From Rebecca billardiae RCC1528 (Eukaryota > Protista > Haptophyta), in the NCBI GenBank assembly GCA_965240325.2, contig OZ251244.1, forward strand, positions 868,001 through 932,000: a DNA stretch of 64,000 nt, given 5' to 3'. A program made the translations under genes and the position numbers. Below the pieces are notes generated by a model that saw only the letters and a program-made list of their open reading frames with translations, was not told the origin of the DNA and ran no database searches. Positions 14,698-24,715 of this stretch are shown piece by piece (within the stretch, counting starts at the first letter, position 1; each line of letters begins with the position of its first letter).

Positions 14698-15563
14698 GGG
14701 AGGCGCGCGCGTGGGCGTTGGGTGGGCGCGCGCAGTTCGGGCGGTCGACCGGCCGTCGTCGGGTGTCAGCGGCGGACTTGTCCGGGTTTAGGCGTTAGCG
14801 CTTCCAGTGGCGAGTTTAGCCGTTGCCCAGGCCAGTAAGTAGTTGGTTAGTAGCAGGCCCTTGGTAGTACAAAGTTGAGCGCAGCGCGTGCGCAAGCTCT
14901 CACGGACTGTCGACACTGTCTTGAGTCATGGGGGCGGCAGCTACGGTAACTAAAATCCACTACGAGTCTGCACGCCCCGGGGGACCTACTGCTGAGGGCG
15001 CCGAGTTGACGCGCGACATCGACAACGGCCGGCGCGGCCCCGCTGCCGTCCTGCGCAACCCCCGAGCAGCGCGCTACCGTCGATCGACGAATCTCGACAG
15101 ACGCTGATTATTATTCGGCAGATCGAGCCGCGGCAGCACCAGCGCAGAGCCGGCTCGCGACGGTCAGTGACTGTGAGTGTGAGAGCCCGTGCTTGCCGCT
15201 TAATTAAGCCTAAGCTTAGGGCGCTACTAAGTTACCTACTAGCGGACCGCTCGTACTCGAGTACAGCGGCGTCGCCGCGTTGTTGCTCACGCGATCGCGG
15301 ATAATTGCCGATACGACATGACGAGTGGCTGCTAAGCACGCTCGGTGGCAGCGGAACTCGATCTGCAAATGCGGCGGATGACGAGCGGTCCCCGCGCCCG
15401 CGGACCGCACGCTTCGGCTTAGACGCAGCCCGGGCAACTGCTGATGGCTAGGCCAATGGCAAAGCTACCAGTGCTGAGGGCACCCTGACTCTGAGTCTGA
15501 GCGTCGATGACCTAATATAAGTTATTTTTACCGTCGAATGTCGTCGATCATGGGCGCGCGCGC

Positions 15564-15586
15564 ATATATATATATATATATATATA
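15564..15586. repeat. (TA)n microsatellite; further TA runs at ~16439-16620
   Basis: Read directly from the sequence. Confidence 0.9.
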
Positions 15587-16438
15587 TGACCCGTTGCACG
15601 GGTGAGTAACCGTGAGCGTATGAAAAAACGACATGCGTATGAAATGTCGGTTTTGTCACTCGCGCTGCTGACGCATGGCTGACGCCCGCGCCAATCCGAG
15701 CGGAATGGGGCATTGCGAAGCCGATTCGCAATGCCCCAATCCAATCGGCATGTCAATCGACCCAACCGTCGCTGAGAACGAACGACAAAACCCAAGGCAG
15801 GTGCCCACCAAGCGACGCCGCCCGCGCGCCGGCAGCGTGAACGCGCTGGTCGCGCAGAGGTGGCCAATGCAGAAGGCATCAGCCAATGCTGCTGCCTTCG
15901 GCAAGCGCGCCACCTCAGCGTCAGCATCGGGTGGGACCGTGACGATATATGCCCTGCATGCGGCTCCAGCCAAACGCCCTCGACACGGGGAGCCGCCATC
16001 GGCAGCGAGCGCGCCACGGATACATACACGTGCTGTCCTCGTGAATGAGGATTCAGGAGACGAGGCGCCGGCGGCTCGGCCCGCGATGCGCAGGCAGGCT
16101 GGAGTGGCTCACGCTGCGATCGCGTGTACGGGTACAGAAGGCGTGCGCACGCAACAACACCGCCTACGTGAAGCGCGTGGGCAAGCTGCTGAAGCTCTCA
16201 CGATGCGTGCGCGCCTTCCTTCTCACCTCTGCGCTCGCCGACCGCTGCCTTCCGCGCGGCAGACAGGGGACACCTGCCACCTGGCGCGCACGACGCAGCG
16301 TGTAACGCAGAAGGTGGTAGATCCGCTGCCACGCTCCCGCTGCCGCTGCTGCCGGCGGCAGCGGCATGCCCGAGGCGGCGACGGTGACTATCACTGCCAA
16401 AGTGTCGTTTTTTCGGCGCTCACGCGTGCAACTGGTCA
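15587..16438. mobile_element. Non-autonomous TIR DNA element (852 bp) inserted in (TA)n
   Basis: Left end TGACCCGTTGCACGGGTGAG...GAAAAAACGACA; reverse complement of right end TGACCAGTTGCACGCGTGAG...GAAAAAACGACA. TATATA on both flanks; no transposase recognised. Confidence 0.7.
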
Positions 16439-16651
16439 TATATAACATTAATCCCGGACAGTACCATATATATATTTATAACGACGCGCGTGGGATATAT
16501 ATATTATTCATCCTCATGTATATATATTAACGACGTGGTATCCGGGCTGAACCGTGAGGCGTGAACGGGTCAGAGTATATATGCGCATTTAAATAATTAC
16601 ATTATATATATATATATATTCCGCCGGCCGGATATACGTCATACATCATCG

Positions 16652-17959
16652 TCAGGCGCACTGATGCCAAACGTCGCAGCCGCCCGAATCGCCGCAGTCC
16701 TCGTCGACCGCGCAACTCTTGGTCGGGTCGCCCGAGCACGCACTTCTCTCGACGCAGCTGTTCGACTGGCAGTCATTGTCGTCATCACAAAACTTGCCGC
16801 CCGGGGGGAGCTTGTCCACACAGTGCCCGTCCTTGCAGTACGTGCAGCCAATGGGCTTGTACGCCGGTGGCGTGCCGGCACCCCACTTGCACACCTCAGG
16901 CTCGCTCGGAGGTGGCGCCGGGGAACCGCAGCCTTCGGTTGCGCACACACGCGAGGGGTCCTCCCGGATGCACACGCCATCCAAGCAGTAGTTCGTCTGG
17001 CAGTCGTTGTGGTCGCCGCACCCGAGCGAGCCGAGCGGCTTCTTGTTGACGCACTGCCCGCCGTAGCAAAACGCACACCCCGCCGGCTTGTGGTTGCCAT
17101 CAGGCTGCGAGCTCGGCGAAGCGGCGCGAGGGTGGGTACAGGGTAGGCGGGAGGCGTCGGTGTCGATGCGACGCGCGGTGAGTGCACACGTGCGCCTGCA
17201 ATCACCGCGCGTGCGCGCCTCGCATCGCGGACTGCGCACACCGCGCAGGCGTACCTGGGTGAGCCAGTGGCACACGGTTGCATCTGAAGGCGGATTCCAC
17301 GCCGCGCCGCAGCCGGAAGCCTCGCAGCCGTCGGCCGGCTTGTCGATGCATTTGAACGCGTTCGAGCACGCATCGGACTGGCAGTCGTTGTGGTCAGCGC
17401 AGGTGGCACCGAGCGGCAGCTTGTTCACGCAGCGGCCGTCAGCGCAGTAGGCGCACCCCACGGGCCTGAACGCACCCCCACCTGGGTCCTGCCACTGGCA
17501 CTGGCTGAAGTCCTCCGGCGGAGCGGCGGCGGTGTCGCAGCCCTCGTTGTGGCAGCGAGTGTTCACCGTGCCTGTGCACACCAAGGGCTCGATGCCCCAC
17601 GTCGAGCCAGAGCAGTAGTTCGATTGGCAGTCGTTGTCGTCTCCGCAGTCGAGCCCGAGCGGGACCTTGTCGTGGCACCTTCCACCCACGCAGTACGTGC
17701 ACCCAGCAGGCTTGCCGCTCACTGGGTTTGGGTTTGGCTCGCTGCCGCCACTCCAATCGCAGACGCTCACGTCGGCCGGCGGTGGCGAGGCAGCCCCGCA
17801 GCCATCCACCGTGCACGTATCGGCGTTGGACGTCCACGCCAGGACGAGCAAAGCCACGACGCAGCCTAGCACGAGCACGACCGTCGACACCAGAAATGCA
17901 GCGCGGGCGCTCACCGGCATTTTCGCCGGCGGCCGCTTGCGCAGCCTCCGAAAAGGCAT
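16652..17959 (-). CDS. Type II membrane protein with four Cys-rich tandem repeats (~385 aa); exons 17959-17255, 17104-16652
   Basis: Basic N-terminus, TM segment FLVSTVVLVLGCVVALLVLAW, then 4x CxxxGC...CxW...PxGCxYCxxGxCxxKxPxG..CxDxNDCQSNxC. One in-frame 150-nt intron. Confidence 0.8.
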   Translation of the reverse strand: MPFRRLRKRPPAKMPVSARAAFLVSTVVLVLGCVVALLVLAWTSNADTCTVDGCGAASPPPADVSVCDWSGGSEPNPNPVSGKPAGCTYCVGGRCHDKVPLGLDCGDDNDCQSNYCSGSTWGIEPLVCTGTVNTRCHNEGCDTAAAPPEDFSQCQWQDPGGGAFRPVGCAYCADGRCVNKLPLGATCADHNDCQSDACSNAFKCIDKPADGCEASGCGAAWNPPSDATVCHWLTQVRLRGVRSPRCEARTRGDCRRTCALTARRIDTDASRLPCTHPRAASPSSQPDGNHKPAGCAFCYGGQCVNKKPLGSLGCGDHNDCQTNYCLDGVCIREDPSRVCATEGCGSPAPPPSEPEVCKWGAGTPPAYKPIGCTYCKDGHCVDKLPPGGKFCDDDNDCQSNSCVERSACSGDPTKSCAVDEDCGDSGGCDVWHQCA

Positions 17960-18071
17960 GGCCGCGGCTACAAACAGGACCAATAGATATGCGATAGTTT
18001 CGTCAATCCGTTACAATATGAGTTCATCAGAGTCGCTATGATATATACTACTTTTCGACGTTACGATCAGC

Positions 18072-18113
18072 ATTGAAGCAGCGCATAGAGAGAGAGAGAG
18101 ATTGAAGCAGCGC

Positions 18114-18162
<49 letters not shown>

Positions 18163-18230
18163 GAGAGGGACGGAGAGAGGGAGAGTAGGGAGAGCAGAGA
18201 GAGAGAGCCAGAGAGAGAGCTAGAGAGACA
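18072..18230. repeat. (GA)n microsatellite with a duplicated ATTGAAGCAGCGCATAGAGAG unit
   Basis: Read directly from the sequence. Confidence 0.9.
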
Positions 18231-18441
18231 GAGCAGTCACCGGACTGGCGCCCACAGAGCACAGTCTGACTCTGAGCCCCTGAGCCCCTGCTGAGTCTGC
18301 TGATGACGCGTATAGTAATAAAAAAGAAAAAATTCGCTGCTTGCGCCGTCGCTGAACAATCTGACCGTGCCCCCGCGCCATCATCCGTGGACCGCCGGGG
18401 CCCCGCGCAGCCGCGTCACCGTCGGGCGTCGCCGTCGGCAT

Positions 18442-21400
18442 TCACCACGAGGGCGCCGAGCTGAAGCGCGCGACATCGACAACGGCCGGCGGCGGCCCCC
18501 GATGCTCCTGCGCGCCGAGCAGCGCGCCGGACGAGTCTCGGTTGGTCAGATCGAGCCGCGGCACGCTGGTCGGCGGCGTGCTCCGCGCCGTCGCTGGCGA
18601 TGGCAGGTCCACCCCGCCCGCCGGGACGGGCGGCTCGCTGATGCGCCGGCCGACGCCGTCGCTGCCCGCCCGGGCGAGCGGCGCCGGCGCCGCCGCCTCG
18701 CCCCCGCCGCCGAACGCGCCGCCCGCCGCGCCCGCGCCCGCAAGCCGCGCGCCCGCGAGCGCATCCGGCGGCGGCGACGCAGGCCCGCGCTTGAGCGGGC
18801 TCGGCGTTGTCGACGACTTGGCGCCGGGCTCGGGCGGGGAGAGCGTCGGCGGCGGCGCGCGGACGTGGATGCTCGGCACCGCCCGCCCGCCCGGCGGCGT
18901 CGGCGCGGCGTGCGCCGGGTGCGCCGAGTCCGCGCCGGCGCTCGCGCCGCCGCCGCGCGGGCCGGGCAGCAGTCGCTCCGCCGCGTCGGCGCGCGCGCGC
19001 AGGAGGCGCGCGCCGAGCGCGGACGCGCACGCGTCGGCGCGCGCGCCGAGTGCCCAGCGTGCCAGCGCGTGCGCCGCCGCGCCGACGGCGCCGGCGCTGA
19101 GGCACGTGCCCGCGAGCAGCGCCGCCGCCGTGCGCTCGCCCGCGCTCAGCGCGCACATGGCGCACAGTGCGGCGCCGAGGCCGAACGCGCGCGCGCGCCA
19201 CGCGCTGAGCGCGGGCGAGGAGGAGATGGGCGGCGCCGCGGGGTCGGCGGCCGCGCGCGCGCACAGCGCGTACAGCGCCGCGTTCGCGAGCGCGCACAGC
19301 CACGCGACGCCCTCCTCGGCGCCGCGCCGCGCCGCGCCGCCCGCCCCCACGCCCGCCGGCGGCGGCGCCGTCGGGAGCCACACGGCCGCGGCGCCGAGTG
19401 TGAGAGCCTGCGCCGCCGCGAGGGCGAGCGAGAACGGCGCGGCGTGCACGAGGCCTGCTGGGCCGTCGAGCACGGCGGGGAGGGCGGGGAGCAGCGCAGC
19501 CGCCGCGACGAGCAGGCCGCACGCCGGCGGCAGCGCGAGCGCGAGCAGCAGCGCGTGCACGGCTGAGGTCCAGCACTCGGGTTGTCGCGCGCCGCCGCCG
19601 CCCAGCACCGCGACGTGTGTGGCGCCGCGCGCCGCGCCGCCGCCTTCGGAGCCCGCCGGCTCGGGCGCGGGCGGCGGCGGCGCGCGGCGCTCGCACGCGA
19701 GAGAGAGCAGCAGCGTGTGCACGCACGCCGCGTAGCACAGGGAGACCACCGCCGCGCAGGCGCGCGCGAGCGCGCGCGCGCGCCGCCGGCGCGCCTGCCG
19801 CGCGCCCTCGCCCTGCGACTGGGCGGGCGCGCGCGCGTCCGCGTGCGCGCGCGCGCCGGCGGGCGCGGCACTGGGCCCGGCGGCGCGCGGCTGCCCGGCG
19901 GCGCCGCCTGCGCCCGCAGCGGCGGTGGCGGCGGCGGCGCCGAGGATCGTCCCCAGCGTCTCGGTGTCCAGGTCCGCGAGCGAGGCGAGCGCACCCGCGT
20001 CGGCCGCGCCGCCGGCCGCGCCCGCGCCCGCTCGCCGCTGCAGCGGCGCGTGCGCGGGCGGCGCGGCAGCAGGCGCCAGGTTGTCCTCGGACGAGGCGAT
20101 GGCCCGCTCGCGCGCGCGCAGCTTGCGCAGCAGCGCATCGACCTCGGAGGCGAGCGCGCCGCGCCGCGCGGCGGGCGGCAGCGCCGAGCCGCTCGAGCCG
20201 CCGTGCTGCGGTGCGGCGGCGGCGGCGGCGGCGGCGGTGCCCATTGGCGGGGCGGAGGGCGGCGCGCCCTCTTTTTCCGCCGCCGCCTCCGCCTCCGCCG
20301 TCGTCGTCGCCGCCGCCATCAGCATCGCGCGCTGCGCGAGGCTCAGCCGGGGCACGGCGCCCGCGCCCGCGCGCGCCGGCTCGCGCTCCGCCTCGCGCGC
20401 GCGCTGCAGCAGCGCGAGGCTGGGCAGCCCGTACCGCTCGAGGATGTGCGCGCTGGCGGGCGGGAGGGGCGGCGCGGCGGCGGGCAGCGGAGGGCGGCGG
20501 GGCGCGGCGCGCGCGGGCGCGGGCGCGGCTGCGGCGGCGGCGGCGTCGTCCGCGCCGCGCGGCGGTGCGGTGGGCGCGAGTGCGTACACGCTGCTGCGCC
20601 GCCGCGCGGCCGCCTGCTCGTCCGTATCGTGCAGCGCTTGCGCGCCCGCCAGCGCCGCGCGCGCCAGCCACTCGAGCTGCCGCGCCAGCAGCAGCTCGGC
20701 GTGGCGAGACTCGCGCGGCGTGTCGAGGCCGCGCGCGGCGGCGGCGACGGCGGCGGCGCGCGCCGCGCTCGCGCTCGCGAGCACGTCTTCGGACGCGTCG
20801 CGCGCGCCGCGCCGCGCCGCCTCGAGCGCCGCGCGCGCCGCGCGCACGCGCTCGAGGCGATCGGTGAGCTCGAGCGCGCGGCGGCAGAGCCCCCAGAGGG
20901 CGCGCGGCAGCAGCCAGCCGACGGCGAGGCAGGGCGCGAGCAGCGCAGACCACCACGCGCGCGGCCACGGCGCGCCCAGCGCGAACAGGTCGGCGGCGGA
21001 GAGGAGCGCGGGCGTGCGCAGCGCGCCGAAGAGCGCGCGCGCCGGGCCGAGCGCGAGCGCGCACACCGCCGCGCGCCCGCCGCAGCGTGCGCCGGCGAAC
21101 AGGGCGCGCGCGCGCAGCGCGGGCGCGAGCAGGCTGAGGTGAGCCACCGCCGCCGCCGCCGCGACGAGCACGTTGCCCCAGTGCACGCGGAGGAGGGGCG
21201 CGCGCGGCGCGGCGGGGGCGGCGCCGGGCTGCGCCGCGCCGCGCGCGCGCCACGCCACGATCGGCGCGGCCGCGCGCACGCCCGCCTCCGGCGATCCCCA
21301 GCCGCCGCCACCTGCCGCCGCGCGCGCCGCCGCCGCCGCCGGCTGCTGCGGCCGCTGCGCACCCTCCGCACTCGGCAGCAGCGCGATGCCGCCGGGCCCG

Positions 21401-23292
21401 GCCAGCGCGTGCGAGAGCGCGCGGTGGAAGGCGTGCGCGGCGTACGCGAGGGCGAGGAGCGCGGCGGGCGGCGGGCGGCACGCGCCGGGCACACACGCAA
21501 GCCAGAGCGCGCCGCCCGCGCCAACCACGGTCGCACCGCTCACCGCCCACGCGCCCGCGCCCGCGCGCGCCACGACGGCCGCGAGCGCGCGCGCGGAGGA
21601 GGCGCGCGCGCGCGCGCCGCCGCGCGCGCGCACGGGCGCGCGCCAGATGGCGGCGGCGGTGGCGAGCACGCCGGCGGAGGCGCGCTCGGCCGCGTGCCTC
21701 CGCGCCTCCTGCGCGATCGTGCAGCACAGCAGCACACACACGCACAGACCCACGCCCGACGCGGGCGGCGCGCACAGCTCGGCGAGCGCGCTCACGCCGA
21801 GCGCGCTCAGCGCGCCCACGTCGCTCGCCGGCCGCAGGTACGAGTCGAGCACGCGCCAGTGCGCGCTCTCGCGCTGGCCGACGAGGGCCATGCCCGAGCG
21901 CTGCAGGTAGGCCGCGTAGCCGCGCGCGTCGTGGCCGAGCGCGGCGCACGCGGCGCGCGTCCACGCGAGGCTGGCGGGCGCAAGCAGGAGCGCGCCGAGC
22001 GCGGTGGCGAGCGCGCGCGCGGGCGCGCTCGGCGCGCCGACGAGCGCGGGGCGCGCCGCGTGCCACGGCGCGAGCCACAGCCACGCGCCGTCGAGCACGT
22101 CCGCCACGCCCGCCGGCGCGTCCGTGACCCAGCGCGCCAGCCCGCTGCCCGCGCACGCGCACCAACCGTCGGAGGCGGCGGCGGCGGCGTCGGCGGCGCA
22201 CGACGCGGCGGCGCGCGGCAGCAGGCGCAGCAGCTCGCGCAGCGCGAGCATCGAGCCGTGCACGAGCAGGAGCGCGCCCACGACGGGCGCGATCGCCAGC
22301 GGGCGCAGCGGCAGCGAGCCCCGATGCCCGCGCGCGCGCGTCTTCGTCGGCAGCTCGACGCGCAGCGCGTGCAGCCAGCACAGCAGCAGCAGCAGCAGCG
22401 GGCAGAGGAGCGCGCGGCCGAGGAGCGGCCAGAGCGCGGCGGAGCGCGGGGCGAGGTGGCCGCCGAGCGGCGCGGGCGCGGCGGCCGAGGCGAGGAGCAC
22501 GTGCACCAGCGCGCCCTCGTACTGCCACGCGCGCCCGGCCCCGTCCGCGCCGTGGCCGTCGCACGCCGCCGCGGCCGCCGAGCCGCCGCCGCGCGCGGCC
22601 GGCGCGCGCGCGGCGGCGGCGGTCATCACGAGCTGCGGGCTGAGCAGGCTGGCGACGTGGAGGGTGGCGACGTGCGCGGCCCAGAGCGTGGGCATCGGCG
22701 GCAGGCTCGCCGCGTCCAGCGCGCCGTGCGCCCACACCAGCAGAGCCTGGCCGAGCGCGCTCTGCGCGCCGGCGAGCGCGCCCGCGCGCCAGCCGCCGCG
22801 CCGCGCGTACAGCGCGCACGGCAGGAGGAAGCCTGCGGCGGTGTTGAAGAGCGCGCGCGTGCGCACGCTCGGGGGCGAGCGCTCGGCCGCGCCGCGCGCC
22901 GCCGCGCCGCCGCCGCCGGCCGCGCCGTCCGCCTCCTCGCGCCGCGGCGCGGCCGGCGCCGAGCGCAGCAGCCGCGCGGCCGAGAGCGTCGCGAGCCACT
23001 CGACCGGGGCGAGCCAGAGGCAGAAGCCGAGCTCGAGCCAGCTGCGCGTGGGTGGCGGTGGGCGGGGGAGAGGACCGGGGTGGCTCAGGCCGGAGCGCGC
23101 GCCGGCCGCGCGGGCAGACGCGCGCGCGCGCGCGGCGCGCGCGCACCGTCCGGGCGCGGCGGCGAGGAGCAGCGTGAGCGTGGTGGCTGGCGGCGCGAGC
23201 GAGGGGTCCACGCCGATCAGCCTTAGGTGCTCGAGCGCGAAGAAGACGACGAGCGCCGCGAGCACCGTCGGGCCCACCGTGCCCATCGACAT
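18442..23292 (-). CDS. Large Ala-rich multi-pass membrane protein of unknown function (~1580 aa); exons 23292-23147, 23041-18442
   Basis: Only this frame gives protein-like sequence, with many hydrophobic segments and coiled-coil stretches (LELTDRLERVRAARAALE; EVDALLRKLRARE). One in-frame 105-nt GT-AG intron. Confidence 0.65.
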   Translation of the reverse strand: MSMGTVGPTVLAALVVFFALEHLRLIGVDPSLAPPATTLTLLLAAAPGRCARAARARASARAAGARSGLSHPGPLPRPPPPTRSWLELGFCLWLAPVEWLATLSAARLLRSAPAAPRREEADGAAGGGGAAARGAAERSPPSVRTRALFNTAAGFLLPCALYARRGGWRAGALAGAQSALGQALLVWAHGALDAASLPPMPTLWAAHVATLHVASLLSPQLVMTAAAARAPAARGGGSAAAAACDGHGADGAGRAWQYEGALVHVLLASAAAPAPLGGHLAPRSAALWPLLGRALLCPLLLLLLCWLHALRVELPTKTRARGHRGSLPLRPLAIAPVVGALLLVHGSMLALRELLRLLPRAAASCAADAAAAASDGWCACAGSGLARWVTDAPAGVADVLDGAWLWLAPWHAARPALVGAPSAPARALATALGALLLAPASLAWTRAACAALGHDARGYAAYLQRSGMALVGQRESAHWRVLDSYLRPASDVGALSALGVSALAELCAPPASGVGLCVCVLLCCTIAQEARRHAAERASAGVLATAAAIWRAPVRARGGARARASSARALAAVVARAGAGAWAVSGATVVGAGGALWLACVPGACRPPPAALLALAYAAHAFHRALSHALAGPGGIALLPSAEGAQRPQQPAAAAARAAAGGGGWGSPEAGVRAAAPIVAWRARGAAQPGAAPAAPRAPLLRVHWGNVLVAAAAAVAHLSLLAPALRARALFAGARCGGRAAVCALALGPARALFGALRTPALLSAADLFALGAPWPRAWWSALLAPCLAVGWLLPRALWGLCRRALELTDRLERVRAARAALEAARRGARDASEDVLASASAARAAAVAAAARGLDTPRESRHAELLLARQLEWLARAALAGAQALHDTDEQAAARRRSSVYALAPTAPPRGADDAAAAAAAPAPARAAPRRPPLPAAAPPLPPASAHILERYGLPSLALLQRAREAEREPARAGAGAVPRLSLAQRAMLMAAATTTAEAEAAAEKEGAPPSAPPMGTAAAAAAAAPQHGGSSGSALPPAARRGALASEVDALLRKLRARERAIASSEDNLAPAAAPPAHAPLQRRAGAGAAGGAADAGALASLADLDTETLGTILGAAAATAAAGAGGAAGQPRAAGPSAAPAGARAHADARAPAQSQGEGARQARRRRARALARACAAVVSLCYAACVHTLLLSLACERRAPPPPAPEPAGSEGGGAARGATHVAVLGGGGARQPECWTSAVHALLLALALPPACGLLVAAAALLPALPAVLDGPAGLVHAAPFSLALAAAQALTLGAAAVWLPTAPPPAGVGAGGAARRGAEEGVAWLCALANAALYALCARAAADPAAPPISSSPALSAWRARAFGLGAALCAMCALSAGERTAAALLAGTCLSAGAVGAAAHALARWALGARADACASALGARLLRARADAAERLLPGPRGGGASAGADSAHPAHAAPTPPGGRAVPSIHVRAPPPTLSPPEPGAKSSTTPSPLKRGPASPPPDALAGARLAGAGAAGGAFGGGGEAAAPAPLARAGSDGVGRRISEPPVPAGGVDLPSPATARSTPPTSVPRLDLTNRDSSGALLGAQEHRGPPPAVVDVARFSSAPSW

Positions 23293-23430
23293 GCGCGAGA
23301 CCGCGCCGCCGTCGACGGCGGCGCGGCGCAGCGAACGCGCGCGGCTGGCGAGGCGGCTACGCGAGCGCTCACTGCTGATCGAAATGCGCAGCAGATCACC
23401 CCAAGGGCAACCGGCCAAATTTGGGATGAT

Positions 23431-24510
23431 CAAGGGTGGTCAGGGTCGCCGACTCCAGCGGAGTCCGGCGCCGGAGCTTCGCTTACAGATTTTTGCAGCG
23501 GAGCGGCGCGCGCGGCCGCCGCCGCTGCGGCGGGCCGCTCGGGACGTGCACGGCGTGGGCTCGTGCGGCCGCTGCCGCGCACGCCGAGCGATCTGGCGCG
23601 GTGTCGCGGCTGGTTGATGGCCTCGCGCGCCGCAGCGCGCCGCGCGCCTTGCCTGACTTCGCCTGTCTCGCGCCTTGGCCGCCGTGCACTCATGCGCCGC
23701 CAAACCGCAAGCTCGGCATACCTCTCAGCCGAGCGTGCACGTGCCTTGCGCGACGCGACGCGGGCATTGCCGCCGGGCGATGTAGGCGTAGTGTGAGCGC
23801 GCGCCGTGAAGCCTCGGCGCGGATCGAGAACAATGAAATGATGCCGCGTACGCGCGTGGACCGTCTGTTCGTTGAGCAGTGCAGAAAGCTGCACGACTGA
23901 CTCTCTTGCCGGGGCGATCGTCACGTCGCATCGTCACGCAAGGCTCACACACACGTCATAGTGGCCTTCGTCGTTTTGGCTACAACGCTCGACTAGAGTT
24001 CACGAGTCGCAGCGTCGCGATATCCCATCGTTCAACGGAGGACCGTGGTGATGTCCATTGGTGGTTGATGCGTCAGCAGTTGTCGACAGCTGACCGAGAC
24101 GTTGAAGACACTCTCGATCCGCGCCGAGGCTTCACGGCGCGCGCTCACACTACGCCTACATCGCCCGGCGGCAATGCCCGCGTCGCGTCGCGCAAGGCAC
24201 GTGCTCGCTCGGCTGAGAGGTATGCCGAGCTTGCGGTTTGGCGGCGCATGAGTGCACGGCGGCCAAGGCGCGAGACAGGCGAAGTCAGGCAAGGCGCGCG
24301 GCGCGCTGGGGCGCGCGAGGCCATCAACCAGCCGCGACACCGCGCCAGATCGCTCGGCGTGCGCGGCAGCGGCCGCACGAGCCCACGCCGTGCACGTCCC
24401 GAGCGGCCCGCCGCAGCGGCGGCGGCCGCGCGCGCCGCTCCGCTGCAAAAATCTGTAAGCGAAGCTCCGGCGCCGGACTCCGCTGGAGTCGGCGACCCTG
24501 ACCACCCTTG
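23431..24510. mobile_element. Foldback/MITE-like element, copy 1 (1080 bp): arms 23431-23829 and 24112-24510, spacer 282 bp, 7-bp TSD GGATGAT
   Basis: Termini CAAGGGTGGTCAGGGTCGCC...GGCGACCCTGACCACCCTTG. The 399-bp arms are near-perfect inverted repeats (about 2 mismatches seen). GGATGAT at 23424-23430 and 24511-24517. Confidence 0.92.
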
Positions 24511-24715
24511 GGATGATGACCATCAAGACTTCGAGGGTCCGCCCGGCCTTGACTCAAGATGATCAGACCGCCCCACCGAATCAAGGCCGTTGACCGAGTG
24601 ACAGCGAATGCCAATAATGATGAATTCAGCTGTGTGAGCGATGCAGCCTGACGAGCCGAGCAGTGCACGCACGCGCCAGCAGACCGCTGAGCAGACGCTC
24701 GCTCTCCCGAGCCCC

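Noticed and set aside
23430-24562. ORFs inside the foldback elements (also 46903-48024) as a transposase
   Set aside because: Short, mirrored by the palindrome, and lacking DDE or THAP motifs.
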